DNA of 35,597 bases from IMG/VR virus record IMGVR_UViG_643348551_000007. One strand, 5' to 3'. The notes beneath the pieces were generated by a model, which was not told the DNA's origin, searched no databases, and was given only the letters and a program-made list of their open reading frames with translations. The stretch comes from a virus (lineage: Duplodnaviria; Heunggongvirae; Uroviricota; Caudoviricetes). The translations under genes were made by a program, and so were the position numbers. Each line of letters opens with the position of its first letter. The first letter of the stretch is position 1. Shown here one piece after another: positions 1 to 8,549 of the stretch.

Positions 1-62
1 GGTATCCGTTCTGCTGAAGTGTCATGGCGTTGATTTTACGGTGACTCTTCGACAGTGAAAAG

Positions 63-83
63 AAAAAAGGCCGCAGAGCGGCC
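63..83 (-). terminator. Rho-independent terminator candidate ending the int-side (minus-strand) operon
   Basis: GGCCGC-aga-GCGGCC hairpin at 69-83 preceded on the + strand by AAAAAA (63-68), so hairpin plus U-run when read on the minus strand; lies just downstream of the minus-strand gene ending at 209. Confidence 0.45.
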
Positions 84-208
84 ATAAACACAAGTAAAAA
101 TCAACAAGTTAGATAATTATCAAAGACTTACAGACACACAAAAACACAGCCAACCACAACAAATAACAGGGATGTGGTCACTTTGTGGATCATATCGCCG
201 CCATAAAT

Positions 209-646
209 TTACTTAATAACAGTAACCACAGCCACAAGCACGGCCATCGCAGACAGGACAATACCTGTGAGTAACCAAGTCTGATTTGCAAATGATTTCT
301 GAAGTTCAGTACGATGCTCAGCCATCTCAACTTTCAGAGACTGGCGTAAATCAGCCATCTCAGACTTCAGGGATTGGCGCGATTCTGCCATCTCAAGCCT
401 CAACCCTTCGCGAATCTCCAGTACATCAGATTTGGTAGCAAAGGATTCGCTTCTTGTGGTGAGAGTAATCAGGTTGTTTTTGATTTCAGTCACATCACTT
501 TCCAGGCAACTGACCCGCCGTTCAAGGTCGTCATTCATGCCATCACCTCCATCATTACCACTTCCTGTTACTTGGTTGTTGGATACATTATAGGCATTCT
601 CTTTCTTTTTTCTGAACCGCGAAATATGTGCAACATTCTCTGCCAT
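209..646 (-). CDS. Hypothetical coiled-coil protein with C-terminal transmembrane anchor (cargo gene downstream of int)
   Basis: ORF track 209..649; first ATG at 646 overlaps the stop of the upstream gene (ATGA coupling); repeated EMAE/LRQSLK heptad-like motifs and hydrophobic C-terminus WLLTGIVLSAMAVLVAVVTVIK; no family recognised. Confidence 0.55.
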   Translation of the reverse strand: MAENVAHISRFRKKKENAYNVSNNQVTGSGNDGGDGMNDDLERRVSCLESDVTEIKNNLITLTTRSESFATKSDVLEIREGLRLEMAESRQSLKSEMADLRQSLKVEMAEHRTELQKSFANQTWLLTGIVLSAMAVLVAVVTVIK

Positions 647-1008
647 CACTTCTCATCACCCTGCTTGCCTACCCAGTTCATAAAGGCCCGGGCCGAGTAA
701 CGATGAACAAACCCACATCTGTTACAGGTAAGTCGGAATTCATAGTTATGGATATTTTCCCGATCATGTCCCTCATATCCCGGATACCCAGTAAATGGAC
801 CGATGTAATCAAGCATAACAAAAGTGCCTAAATCACACTCCTCAGCAGTTTTCGGCTCAGGCCCCACCTCAACAATATTCGTCAAATACATGTACATATC
901 CGTATCGCCACACGACAAACATTTTTCATTCGTAGACGACTCATTGAGAAAACGCGCAAAATTATCGAGCGTTGCCATTCTTTTAAGTTCATCTAAATGA
1001 AACTTCAC
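646..1008 (-). CDS. Hypothetical zinc-ribbon protein (two CxxC pairs), cargo gene downstream of int
   Basis: ORF track 646..1008; CLSCGD and CNRCGF motifs; starts 2 bp after the int stop (GTG at 1008 or ATG at 978); same strand as int. Confidence 0.55.
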   Translation of the reverse strand: MKFHLDELKRMATLDNFARFLNESSTNEKCLSCGDTDMYMYLTNIVEVGPEPKTAEECDLGTFVMLDYIGPFTGYPGYEGHDRENIHNYEFRLTCNRCGFVHRYSARAFMNWVGKQGDEK

Positions 1009-1010
1009 TC

Positions 1011-1988
1011 TTAAGCACCTCCTAGTGGATTAAACCTCACCGCATCCTGCAGGTAATCCGGCGCAAGATGGGCATAAATCATCGTTGTCTGAATCTTTGC
1101 GTGCCCCAGAATTTTCTGGAGCGTCAGAATATTGCCGCCGTTCATCATGAAATGACTGGCGAAGGTGTGGCGCAGCGCATGAACAGCCTGGCCGTCAGGA
1201 ACATCAGGTGCGACCGTTTTGATGACATCGCGAACCAATGAATAATCCAGCGTCGGAAACACCAGTTTCCCGCCCCGTTTTTTGATCTTTTCAAACAGGC
1301 TTTCAGAAATAGGAACGGTACGGTTTTTGCTGTTCTTCGTTTTTGAAAAAGTGATTCGACAATGAAGAACACGGCGCTGCTCCAGTGCCGCTACCTCGCC
1401 CCATCGCGCCCCGGTCGACAGAAGGATTTCGACAGCCAGTCGTTCATCGGGATTTTCAGCCAGTGCATCCAGCAACTGAACACATTCAGACTTACTCAGA
1501 TATCCCATTTCGCGCTCGTTAACCTTCATTCCTTTAAGGCCTTGAACGGGGTTATCGTTAAGAAAATGGCCGGATGAGATGAGTGCGGTAAACATCGCGC
1601 TTAACGCCCCAATCTCTCGATTTATGGTGCTGGGCTGTATCCCCTGCTCTATCCTGGACACACGTAGCTCGGTGAGCATCGTTGTATTAAGTTTATGCAC
1701 GCACGGGTCATCCATTGCTTCACTCAAGCGCAGCAATTTAAGGCGCGTGTTATGCCCTGACTTCATTAGCTGGCCGTGGTATTTCCACCACAAGTCAATA
1801 AGCACTGACAGAGGACGGCGATCAATAGAGTTTCCTTTCCACTCATTGTTATGCTGTTGCGCCAGCACCCACCGCTCATATAAAACTGCATCCGATTTCG
1901 TTTTAAATTTTTTGCGAATGCGTTTGCCTTTACGCCCCTCAGGGCGCATGTCAAGAAGATACCCTCCCGGAATTGATTTTATGCTCAT
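1011..1988 (-). CDS. int: Tyrosine recombinase, P2-type phage integrase
   Basis: ORF track 1011..2138; C-terminal HALRHTFASHFMMNGGNILTLQKILGH...MIYAH catalytic region; N-terminus MSIKS...RPEGRKGKRIRKKF matches P2 Int, so start placed at internal ATG (1988). Confidence 0.93.
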   Translation of the reverse strand: MSIKSIPGGYLLDMRPEGRKGKRIRKKFKTKSDAVLYERWVLAQQHNNEWKGNSIDRRPLSVLIDLWWKYHGQLMKSGHNTRLKLLRLSEAMDDPCVHKLNTTMLTELRVSRIEQGIQPSTINREIGALSAMFTALISSGHFLNDNPVQGLKGMKVNEREMGYLSKSECVQLLDALAENPDERLAVEILLSTGARWGEVAALEQRRVLHCRITFSKTKNSKNRTVPISESLFEKIKKRGGKLVFPTLDYSLVRDVIKTVAPDVPDGQAVHALRHTFASHFMMNGGNILTLQKILGHAKIQTTMIYAHLAPDYLQDAVRFNPLGGA

Positions 1989-2037
1989 TCGTGAAACCCC
2001 AGCGTTACAAGACCACCATGCCCCCAGCGTTCCATGA

Positions 2038-2346
2038 TTAGCCGGGCTGTGTACCAGTCTTGCGGGATTTTTGAGAAGACGATGTGTTTTCTGGCCCATC
2101 AGGGGAGAGAGAGGGACTGATCTGCCCAGCAGCCTCATTTGTTTTTCCCGTCATAAGCCAATTCATGTACTTAAAAAAGCGAGGGTGATTAACAATCTTG
2201 ATAAGCACTTCGCCCCCTATGTTTTCAATCCGCCCCGTTTCATAACGACGCAAAGTGCCGATAGGCACATCAATCAGGCCGCAAAATTCTTCGCGCGTTA
2301 AATCCTCTGATTCACGAATCACTCTAATTTTTTCACCGATAAGCAT
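2038..2346 (-). CDS. C: Immunity repressor, P2 C-like
   Basis: ORF track 2038..2382; about 100 aa HTH protein transcribed divergently from the cox-like gene and upstream of int as in P2; motif GTLRRYETGR resembles P2 C GTLSYYESGR; start set at internal ATG 2346. Confidence 0.8.
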   Translation of the reverse strand: MLIGEKIRVIRESEDLTREEFCGLIDVPIGTLRRYETGRIENIGGEVLIKIVNHPRFFKYMNWLMTGKTNEAAGQISPSLSPDGPENTSSSQKSRKTGTQPG

Positions 2347-2442
2347 TGACAGTGTTCCTATAAGTACACTAAGCTTGCGCACAAGGTGTACTTATAAGTA
2401 CACCAAGTCACAAACAACCACAGATAGCGCAGGTTATCACAC
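2347..2442. promoter_or_regulatory. Immunity-region operator with divergent Pe/Pc promoters (inferred)
   Basis: Direct repeat TATAAGTACAC at about 2359-2369 and 2392-2402, with inverted element GTGTAC..GTACAC between the divergent repressor and cox-like genes; P2 C is known to bind direct repeats at Pe. Confidence 0.55.
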
Positions 2443-2721
2443 ATGGCAAAAGTCCTGAACACACACGAACAGGCAGACTTTGAGCGTTTAGCAGCGTTCT
2501 ATCCCTACCGCGATGAGCATGGGTTACCAGTACTTGAAGAAAGCCTGAAAGATTACGCAAAGCGTACCAACCAAGCTGTTAACACAGTGAAAAGACAGGC
2601 TGACAGAGGTTCAATTCCCATCAACCAAGATGAAAAGAACTCAAGACGCACAGTAAATCTCTTCGCTCTTTTCCTGAAAACAATCAGGAGCGCAGAAAAA
2701 TACGTGCAGATGACAAAATAA
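2443..2721 (+). CDS. cox: Cox-like excisionase / transcriptional regulator
   Basis: 92 aa, first gene of the rightward early operon; segment TVKRQADRGSIPIN resembles P2 Cox AVRRMIDKGKLPVI. Confidence 0.65.
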   Translation: MAKVLNTHEQADFERLAAFYPYRDEHGLPVLEESLKDYAKRTNQAVNTVKRQADRGSIPINQDEKNSRRTVNLFALFLKTIRSAEKYVQMTK

Positions 2722-2735
2722 CGAGGTGTCATTTT

Positions 2736-3074
2736 ATGCTGAAGCAACGCCGTAATTTTCGTACCGGAACAGAACGCCACGCTAACCGTTTCACTACCAG
2801 TGCATCACGCAGCAACATCCGCTACAGCCTGAGTGATACACACGCAACGCCGGATGGCTACCCAGTAAAACAAATCGGCGAGCACACCTGGCTGATTGAG
2901 AAAGCTGGAATCGTGATCCACAAATGCCCACGCAATCCGTTTACCGGAAACCGCATTTTTGCATTGAGCTGTGGCGACAATCAGTTCGGGCAGGATTTCA
3001 CATTATACGAAGCACTTCGCACGGTTGATCGTCTGCTTCGCGGGCAAAGTTTTATTAAACAGACTGATTTATAA
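2736..3074 (+). CDS. Hypothetical early-operon protein
   Basis: ORF track 2736..3074, 112 aa, tightly packed in the early operon; no family recognised. Confidence 0.55.
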   Translation: MLKQRRNFRTGTERHANRFTTSASRSNIRYSLSDTHATPDGYPVKQIGEHTWLIEKAGIVIHKCPRNPFTGNRIFALSCGDNQFGQDFTLYEALRTVDRLLRGQSFIKQTDL

Positions 3075-3084
3075 CAGGTGCTTT

Positions 3085-3372
3085 ATGACCAAAGACCATG
3101 CACAAGGTGTATTTATCCGTTTTATTGATTTTCGCGGTGAACTGTTATTACGTGCATCCGCTATTGACGGAGTGACTCCGGCGGGTAAAAACGGAGCCGA
3201 CGAAGCCACTTACGTTTATCTGAACGGCACGCGACTGCTTGTGGAACTTCCGTACCAGACCGTACGAGAAATCATTAGCGAAGCTGAAAAGGCACGCCAG
3301 GTTAATGGCGATGAACCCTATATCGAAATTATTTGTATGGATTCAGAAGCTGAAATACAGAAAGCAGATTAA
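3085..3372 (+). CDS. Hypothetical early-operon protein
   Basis: ATG at 3085 preceded by AGGTG, immediately after the previous stop; track ORF 2971..3372 is an upstream extension overlapping the preceding gene. Confidence 0.55.
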   Translation: MTKDHAQGVFIRFIDFRGELLLRASAIDGVTPAGKNGADEATYVYLNGTRLLVELPYQTVREIISEAEKARQVNGDEPYIEIICMDSEAEIQKAD

Positions 3373-3383
3373 AGGGCGTTGTG

Positions 3384-3626
3384 ATGGGCAAAGAATATAA
3401 AACTCTCATTAACAAAGCACTTGAGCGTTTTTATTTTCGCTTAAGTGCATCAGGCGCTCATGCTGAACGTGCGGCCCGTGACTCATTGACCAGAGCAATC
3501 CGAAGTCTGTATGACGTGGCTTTTTACGCTGATGATCTGGATGCACTTAACGAACTTTCCGAGCTGATCTGTGCCGCAGAATGCGGGGAACATATTGAAC
3601 CGTATAAGCTGGGAAATATCGCATGA
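3384..3626 (+). CDS. Hypothetical early-operon protein
   Basis: ORF track 3381..3626 (GTG then ATG); 80 aa. Confidence 0.5.
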   Translation: MGKEYKTLINKALERFYFRLSASGAHAERAARDSLTRAIRSLYDVAFYADDLDALNELSELICAAECGEHIEPYKLGNIA

Positions 3627-3736
3627 GTATATTTATCTCATGGCTTGTTCTGATTATTTCGGTGGTCTGCGCCATTGGGATTATGCGAATTATTAATTCA
3701 GTAAAAAAGATTGAACGCTTTTTCACTGAAGAATAA
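3623..3736 (+). CDS. Small hydrophobic protein (37 aa), not in the ORF track
   Basis: ATG at 3623 overlaps the preceding stop (ATGA); translation MSIFISWLVLIISVVCAIGIMRIINSVKKIERFFTEE is a single predicted transmembrane helix. Confidence 0.35.
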   Translation: MSIFISWLVLIISVVCAIGIMRIINSVKKIERFFTEE

Positions 3737-3822
3737 CCGCGCAAATAAGACCCCAGGTTAAATAAGAAAATGTGAAAACAATCCGCATTCGCGGAGGTAT
3801 TCGCACACGCCAAGGAGGCGTA

Positions 3823-4026
3823 ATGGCAATTAAGCATTTTCCTGTCGTTCGTTTCACCTCCAGAGGACGTGAATACGAAGTTGACGAACGCCTGATTACC
3901 ACAATCGACAAACACCGTTCAGAAAAGGATGCACATCACATCTATCTCACTGACGGCACTTACTTCTGCGCCACCAACGTGGTGCAGGTAAATCTTATCA
4001 GACAGGTACAGGAGTCACGCAGATGA
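3823..4026 (+). CDS. Hypothetical early-operon protein
   Basis: ATG at 3823 preceded by AAGGAGG; track ORF 3772..4026 is an upstream extension. Confidence 0.5.
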   Translation: MAIKHFPVVRFTSRGREYEVDERLITTIDKHRSEKDAHHIYLTDGTYFCATNVVQVNLIRQVQESRR

Positions 4027-4268
4027 TCATTCTGGACTACATCGCTGCCAATCCGGGTTGTAGCGGTGGAGAAATCGCCGCAGCACTGAATACACCAACC
4101 ACAACCATTAATGCGGAGCTACGCCGTCTCTGGCGCAGCGGTTCAGTCATAAGAAAAGAGCGCAAAACAGGCGGTCGCTTTTCTTATCAGGTAAACCCGA
4201 TGCCGTTTGGGTGTAGCAACCCACTAACCCAGATGTTCAACCAGCTACTGAGGGAAATCAGAGCATGA
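4023..4268 (+). CDS. Hypothetical small protein, possibly winged-helix DNA-binding
   Basis: ORF track 4023..4268; ATGA overlap with upstream gene; basic helix RRLWRSGSVIRKERK. Confidence 0.5.
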   Translation: MIILDYIAANPGCSGGEIAAALNTPTTTINAELRRLWRSGSVIRKERKTGGRFSYQVNPMPFGCSNPLTQMFNQLLREIRA

Positions 4269-4409
4269 GCACCTCCAACTGCCGGAAACCACGTCGGGCT
4301 TCAGCAGCTCATCCGGCAGCAAAACAAACTCCATTAATTCCTGTTCCGGGCCTTTCCTGCACCTTGCGGCGGGAGGCCTTCGCACATCTGTAACAAGAGG
4401 ATTGCCGCA

Positions 4410-4775
4410 ATGATTCTCGCCAACGACTTTCTTGAATACCTGCTCAACACAGAACGTGATCTTGCCGCTCGCGTGCGTGATCGTTATGACATGTACCTGA
4501 AATCCCTGCCTGTACCGCAGCTCGCTGACGGAAAGATTGTTATTGATGGTCGCTACATGATTGACAGCCACGAGGGAAATTACAGGCTTTACCGCATTGA
4601 AAGTGGCACCCCGTCCGTTATTGGCATTTACCAGCGCCCATCCTCTGCAATCGTCGATGTGATTGCCGACAGCATCCGCATCACACATCGCCATGCCGAC
4701 ACAGAAGACACCGTGCTGGAAATTCAGCGGCTGGCTACAGTCTGCCGCGACACCCTGAATGGCATGACGAAGTAA
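4410..4775 (+). CDS. Hypothetical early-operon protein
   Basis: ORF track 4410..4775; AAGAGGA Shine-Dalgarno upstream; ends 6 bp before gene A. Confidence 0.55.
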   Translation: MILANDFLEYLLNTERDLAARVRDRYDMYLKSLPVPQLADGKIVIDGRYMIDSHEGNYRLYRIESGTPSVIGIYQRPSSAIVDVIADSIRITHRHADTEDTVLEIQRLATVCRDTLNGMTK

Positions 4776-4781
4776 ATCACT

Positions 4782-7547
4782 ATGACGGCAGAGTACATCA
4801 GGGACTGGCAACAACCGCGCCACGCAGTGGGGCGTGAAGGAACGGGGATCCCCGCTCCTGAATCCGCGCTTTCCTCCTGGCTGGATGCCTACCGGGTAGA
4901 GAACGAGCGCCGCCAGGAAATGGCTGATGCGGCGTTCTCCGCAACGCCGCTGGGCAACCTGATTAATAAAAGCCTGGACGCACAGGAAAAACAGGACAAA
5001 ACCATCACACTGGCAGGAGATGCCAGAAAACAGGCACGCGGCGCGGTGGATGAAGCCATGGCCTCGCTGCGCCTGCTGCCGTCCTATCTGCGCGATCCGC
5101 TTATTCGCCACCTCTCCTTCCTGCGCAAAAAACAGGAAGCCGATCGTCAGAAAGGCAAAAAGAGCTGGCAGGCTGAACGCTACGCGCGCGGAAACCTGCG
5201 CAAAATATTCGAACGTCTGGAGCGCACCGATCACCGCTGGCTGACACAGGGTTATCGCTCCCTTGCCGGACGCGAACGCCTTGACGATTTGCTTTACCTG
5301 CCGCAGCTCAACAAACACCAGATACAGACACTGGCCACCATGACGGCGGCGATGTTCAGCAGCACCTTCGAAAAACTCTGCGATGGCTTTGGCGCGACCG
5401 ATGGCGAACTGACCATGGATGTAACGCTGAAGGCGTATCAGATGCTGGCCCGCATGGCGTTACACCTGCACGCCATGCCTCCACATTATGACGCACTGAC
5501 AACAGACAAAGACCGGAGGAACGAACCGGACACGGAGCTGCTGCCGGGCGCAATCCTTCGCCTGACCTGTGCAGAATGGTGGAAACGCAAACTGTGGCTG
5601 TTACGTTGCGAGTGGAGAGAAGAACAACTCCGCGCCGCCTGTCTGGTTTCCAGAAAAACATCGCCCTATCTGAGCCAGGACGCGTTAAGCGAGTTTCGCG
5701 CACAGCGCGAGAAAACACGCGATTTCCTGAAAAGTTTCATGCTGGAAAATGAAGACGGGTTCACGATTGATCTCGAGACAGTGTATTACGCGGGAGTAAG
5801 TAACCCGGTTCACCGTAAGGCAGAAATGATGGCCACCATGAAGGGGCTGGAACTTCTGGCCGAAGCCCGTGGTGACAAAGCGGTGTTTCTGACTGTCACC
5901 TGCCCGTCAAAATACCACGCAACAACGGAGAACGGTCATCCGAACCCCAAATGGAACGGGGCCACCATGCGCGACTCCAGCGATTACCTGGTTAACACGT
6001 TTTTTGCGGCGGTCCGCAAAAAACTGAACCGCGACGGCCTGCGCTGGTATGGCATCCGCACGGTGGAGCCTCACCATGACGGCACCGTGCACTGGCATAT
6101 GATGGTCTTTGCTCATCCGGAAGAAATCGACAGCATCGTGGCCATCACCCGCGATATTGCCATTCAGGAAGATCGTCACGAACTGGGCGATGATATTACT
6201 CCGCGCTTTAAGGCGGAGTATGTCGACGGCTCAAAAGGCACACCAACCAGCTATATCGCGACCTACATCGGAAAAAACCTGGACAGCCGCGCCGTAGATG
6301 GCATCGACCCGAAAACGGGCAAGCCACGCGTTGACCACGAAACCGGAAAATCAATGGCCGAGAGCGTGGAGCGCGCCATTGGCTGGGCGCGTCTTCATCG
6401 GGTCCGCCAGTTCCAGTTCTTTGGCATCCCCTCCCGTCAGGTATGGCGTGAACTCCGCCGCCTTGCCAGCCAGATGGCACGCAACCCGGAAGGCCCGCAA
6501 CGGCTGAAGGATGATGCAATGGATGCGGTACTCGCTGCCGCTGATGCCGGGTGTTTTGCCTCCTACATTGAAAAACAGGGCGGCGTACTTGTTCCACGTA
6601 AAGACTACCTGATTCGCACCGCCTACGACCTCGCAGATGAGCTGAACGATTACGGCGAGCAGAGTGTACAGATTTACGGGATCTGGTCGCCGCTCATCGG
6701 GGAGTCTTCCCGCGTGTGCACGCACCCGGATAACTGGAAGCTGGTAAGACGTAAACCGGAAGCGGAAGACAGCGCCCGCGAAAATGGTTTTGACATTCAG
6801 GGCGGCCCTACCGCCCCTTGGACTCGTGGCAATAACTGTCCCCGTGTACAGGAAACAGGCAACAGCGGGACAGAACAGTCGGAAGAGCAACCAACACCGT
6901 GGTCGCAGATCCCTGACGGCGTTGATGTGGATGAATGGATGCGCTCACTGAAACGGCACGAACGCCGGGCGCTGATGCGTTCGCTGTGTGACAAACGGGC
7001 AAAAAACAGCAGTGATGAAATGCGGAGCTGGACACAGAGCCGCAAACAGCAACGGCCTTTGCCTGATAACCACGAATTACTTGCTAAAGAATGGCGGGAG
7101 TCTGCTGAATCTCTCGGCCTGCATATCGGTGAACAGCAGATGCAGCACCTGTTACGGGGCGGCAGCCTGTACGTTGACGGCAGCATCATTGCACCGCAGG
7201 GATTTGAAATTGTACGCAAACCGGATACCCGCCCGGACAGCCGAATCACGCAGCTCTGGCAGCGCCTGAGCCGTAATCACGGCGTAAGCAGCACGGAGAT
7301 CCGCCATAACCCGGTCGCCAGCTATCTGGAACAGCTAGGGGCATCAGACCCCGAAGCCGCCGCACACCTGGCATCCACACTTCAGCAAGACCTGAGCACC
7401 ATGAAAACACCAGTTACCGTGCTTTCTGACATGCTGCGCGCCATCCGTGACGCAGAGCACGCACAACGCATCAGTGCAACCACAAAGCATGTACGCCGCA
7501 AAGCTGACCTTCTACAGTCTTGGTTAAACAATAGAAATAAAGAGTAG
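4782..7547 (+). CDS. A: Rolling-circle replication initiation endonuclease, P2 A-like
   Basis: ORF track; HUH motif in GTVHWHMMVF and paired catalytic tyrosines in TSYIATYIGKN (YxxxY, as in phiX174 A / P2 A); 921 aa, longer than P2 A, with a C-terminal extension. Confidence 0.93.
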   Translation: MTAEYIRDWQQPRHAVGREGTGIPAPESALSSWLDAYRVENERRQEMADAAFSATPLGNLINKSLDAQEKQDKTITLAGDARKQARGAVDEAMASLRLLPSYLRDPLIRHLSFLRKKQEADRQKGKKSWQAERYARGNLRKIFERLERTDHRWLTQGYRSLAGRERLDDLLYLPQLNKHQIQTLATMTAAMFSSTFEKLCDGFGATDGELTMDVTLKAYQMLARMALHLHAMPPHYDALTTDKDRRNEPDTELLPGAILRLTCAEWWKRKLWLLRCEWREEQLRAACLVSRKTSPYLSQDALSEFRAQREKTRDFLKSFMLENEDGFTIDLETVYYAGVSNPVHRKAEMMATMKGLELLAEARGDKAVFLTVTCPSKYHATTENGHPNPKWNGATMRDSSDYLVNTFFAAVRKKLNRDGLRWYGIRTVEPHHDGTVHWHMMVFAHPEEIDSIVAITRDIAIQEDRHELGDDITPRFKAEYVDGSKGTPTSYIATYIGKNLDSRAVDGIDPKTGKPRVDHETGKSMAESVERAIGWARLHRVRQFQFFGIPSRQVWRELRRLASQMARNPEGPQRLKDDAMDAVLAAADAGCFASYIEKQGGVLVPRKDYLIRTAYDLADELNDYGEQSVQIYGIWSPLIGESSRVCTHPDNWKLVRRKPEAEDSARENGFDIQGGPTAPWTRGNNCPRVQETGNSGTEQSEEQPTPWSQIPDGVDVDEWMRSLKRHERRALMRSLCDKRAKNSSDEMRSWTQSRKQQRPLPDNHELLAKEWRESAESLGLHIGEQQMQHLLRGGSLYVDGSIIAPQGFEIVRKPDTRPDSRITQLWQRLSRNHGVSSTEIRHNPVASYLEQLGASDPEAAAHLASTLQQDLSTMKTPVTVLSDMLRAIRDAEHAQRISATTKHVRRKADLLQSWLNNRNKE

Positions 7548-7681
7548 TGGATGGGTAAAAATTAATAATAAGTATAAGCAATGTCGACAAACCAAGACAC
7601 AACAAGTATTCAACACAATTAATCATGCACGTGCAAATAGCAATAACATTAACACATTATTTATATAAAAAAAGCGATCTG

Positions 7682-7738
7682 ATATTATTTCGGTTGTGGG
7701 CTTGGTATTTTCAAACCCACAACAATAATATTATTTCG
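7682..7738. terminator. Intergenic hairpin flanked by an 11-bp direct repeat; candidate bidirectional terminator between convergent A and cargo operon
   Basis: Stem GTTGTGGG (7693-7700) / CCCACAAC (7716-7723) with 15-nt loop; ATATTATTTCG occurs at 7682-7692 and again at 7728-7738; AT-rich intergenic 7548-7757. Confidence 0.4.
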
Positions 7739-7757
7739 ATATATTAAACATAGACAA

Positions 7758-8549
7758 TCACCCTATTTTTCTATGCATTTTCATGAGCTCCCTTATTAAG
7801 CTAGCATGAAAGATTGATACATCAGAAATCCTTGTATCAATAGATGAATCAATATTATCAGAAACCTTTTGCTCAAATAAATCACAGATACCATCAAGTG
7901 ACTCAATATCTTTTTCCAACTTAGAAAAACCCTTAAATAGATATAATGAATCCCTTAACTCCCCAAGCTTTGAAAATAGTTGGCTATCTAGTAATGATAT
8001 AAATTCATCAGGGGGAAGCCCCATCGCATCCTTAAAATCTTCCGTAACTTCAAAAGCTAATCCATTAATTTTAGGGAGAATAACTTCTCGTAACCAATAC
8101 CCTTCGTTTATAGCTTCATTTCTTCCTTTATAATGCTGCCACAAAGGAACTCCTACAGATGCAATTAGCGCAATAATTGAAATTGCTATAGAGTACCATT
8201 CAGGTCCTGATTCAGGAACTCTAACGATATTATAGAGATTCCCCGATGAGGTTGAGGGGTAATATCCATTCAGAACATAATTATCAGGTTTATCATAAAG
8301 AAGGTGCGGTGTAAACTTCCTTTCATAACTATTGCATAATTTTAGATCGCTATTTTTTCCAATGCATATATCAGCATTAAAAATGTTTCCACTCTTTGGT
8401 TCTATTACGTGAGACTCTGAATTTTGCGAATCCATGTTAGACGCGGTTCTTTCTGGATATGTCGCAGAGCAAGCGGATATATTAACAAAAAAAATGACAG
8501 GCAATGCTGTCATTTTAAAAACAGAGCACAAATCAGAAGAACGGAACAT
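7758..8549 (-). CDS. Predicted membrane lipoprotein, third gene of the cargo operon
   Basis: ORF track; N-terminus MFRSSDLCSVFKMTALPVIFFVNISAC has a signal-peptide-like hydrophobic core and lipobox-like ISAC; internal hydrophobic helix WYSIAISIIALIASVGVPLW; acidic C-terminal domain; AT-rich; overlaps upstream gene by 17 bp. Confidence 0.65.
   Translation of the reverse strand: MFRSSDLCSVFKMTALPVIFFVNISACSATYPERTASNMDSQNSESHVIEPKSGNIFNADICIGKNSDLKLCNSYERKFTPHLLYDKPDNYVLNGYYPSTSSGNLYNIVRVPESGPEWYSIAISIIALIASVGVPLWQHYKGRNEAINEGYWLREVILPKINGLAFEVTEDFKDAMGLPPDEFISLLDSQLFSKLGELRDSLYLFKGFSKLEKDIESLDGICDLFEQKVSDNIDSSIDTRISDVSIFHASLIRELMKMHRKIG

Noticed and set aside
4245-5318. 357-aa minus-strand ORF antisense to the start of gene A (and similar antisense ORFs 5356..5718, 6208..6597, 6351..6890, 6797..7249)
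   Set aside because: They overlap the confidently identified replication gene on the opposite strand and have Arg/Cys/Ala-rich translations typical of antisense frames in GC-rich coding DNA.
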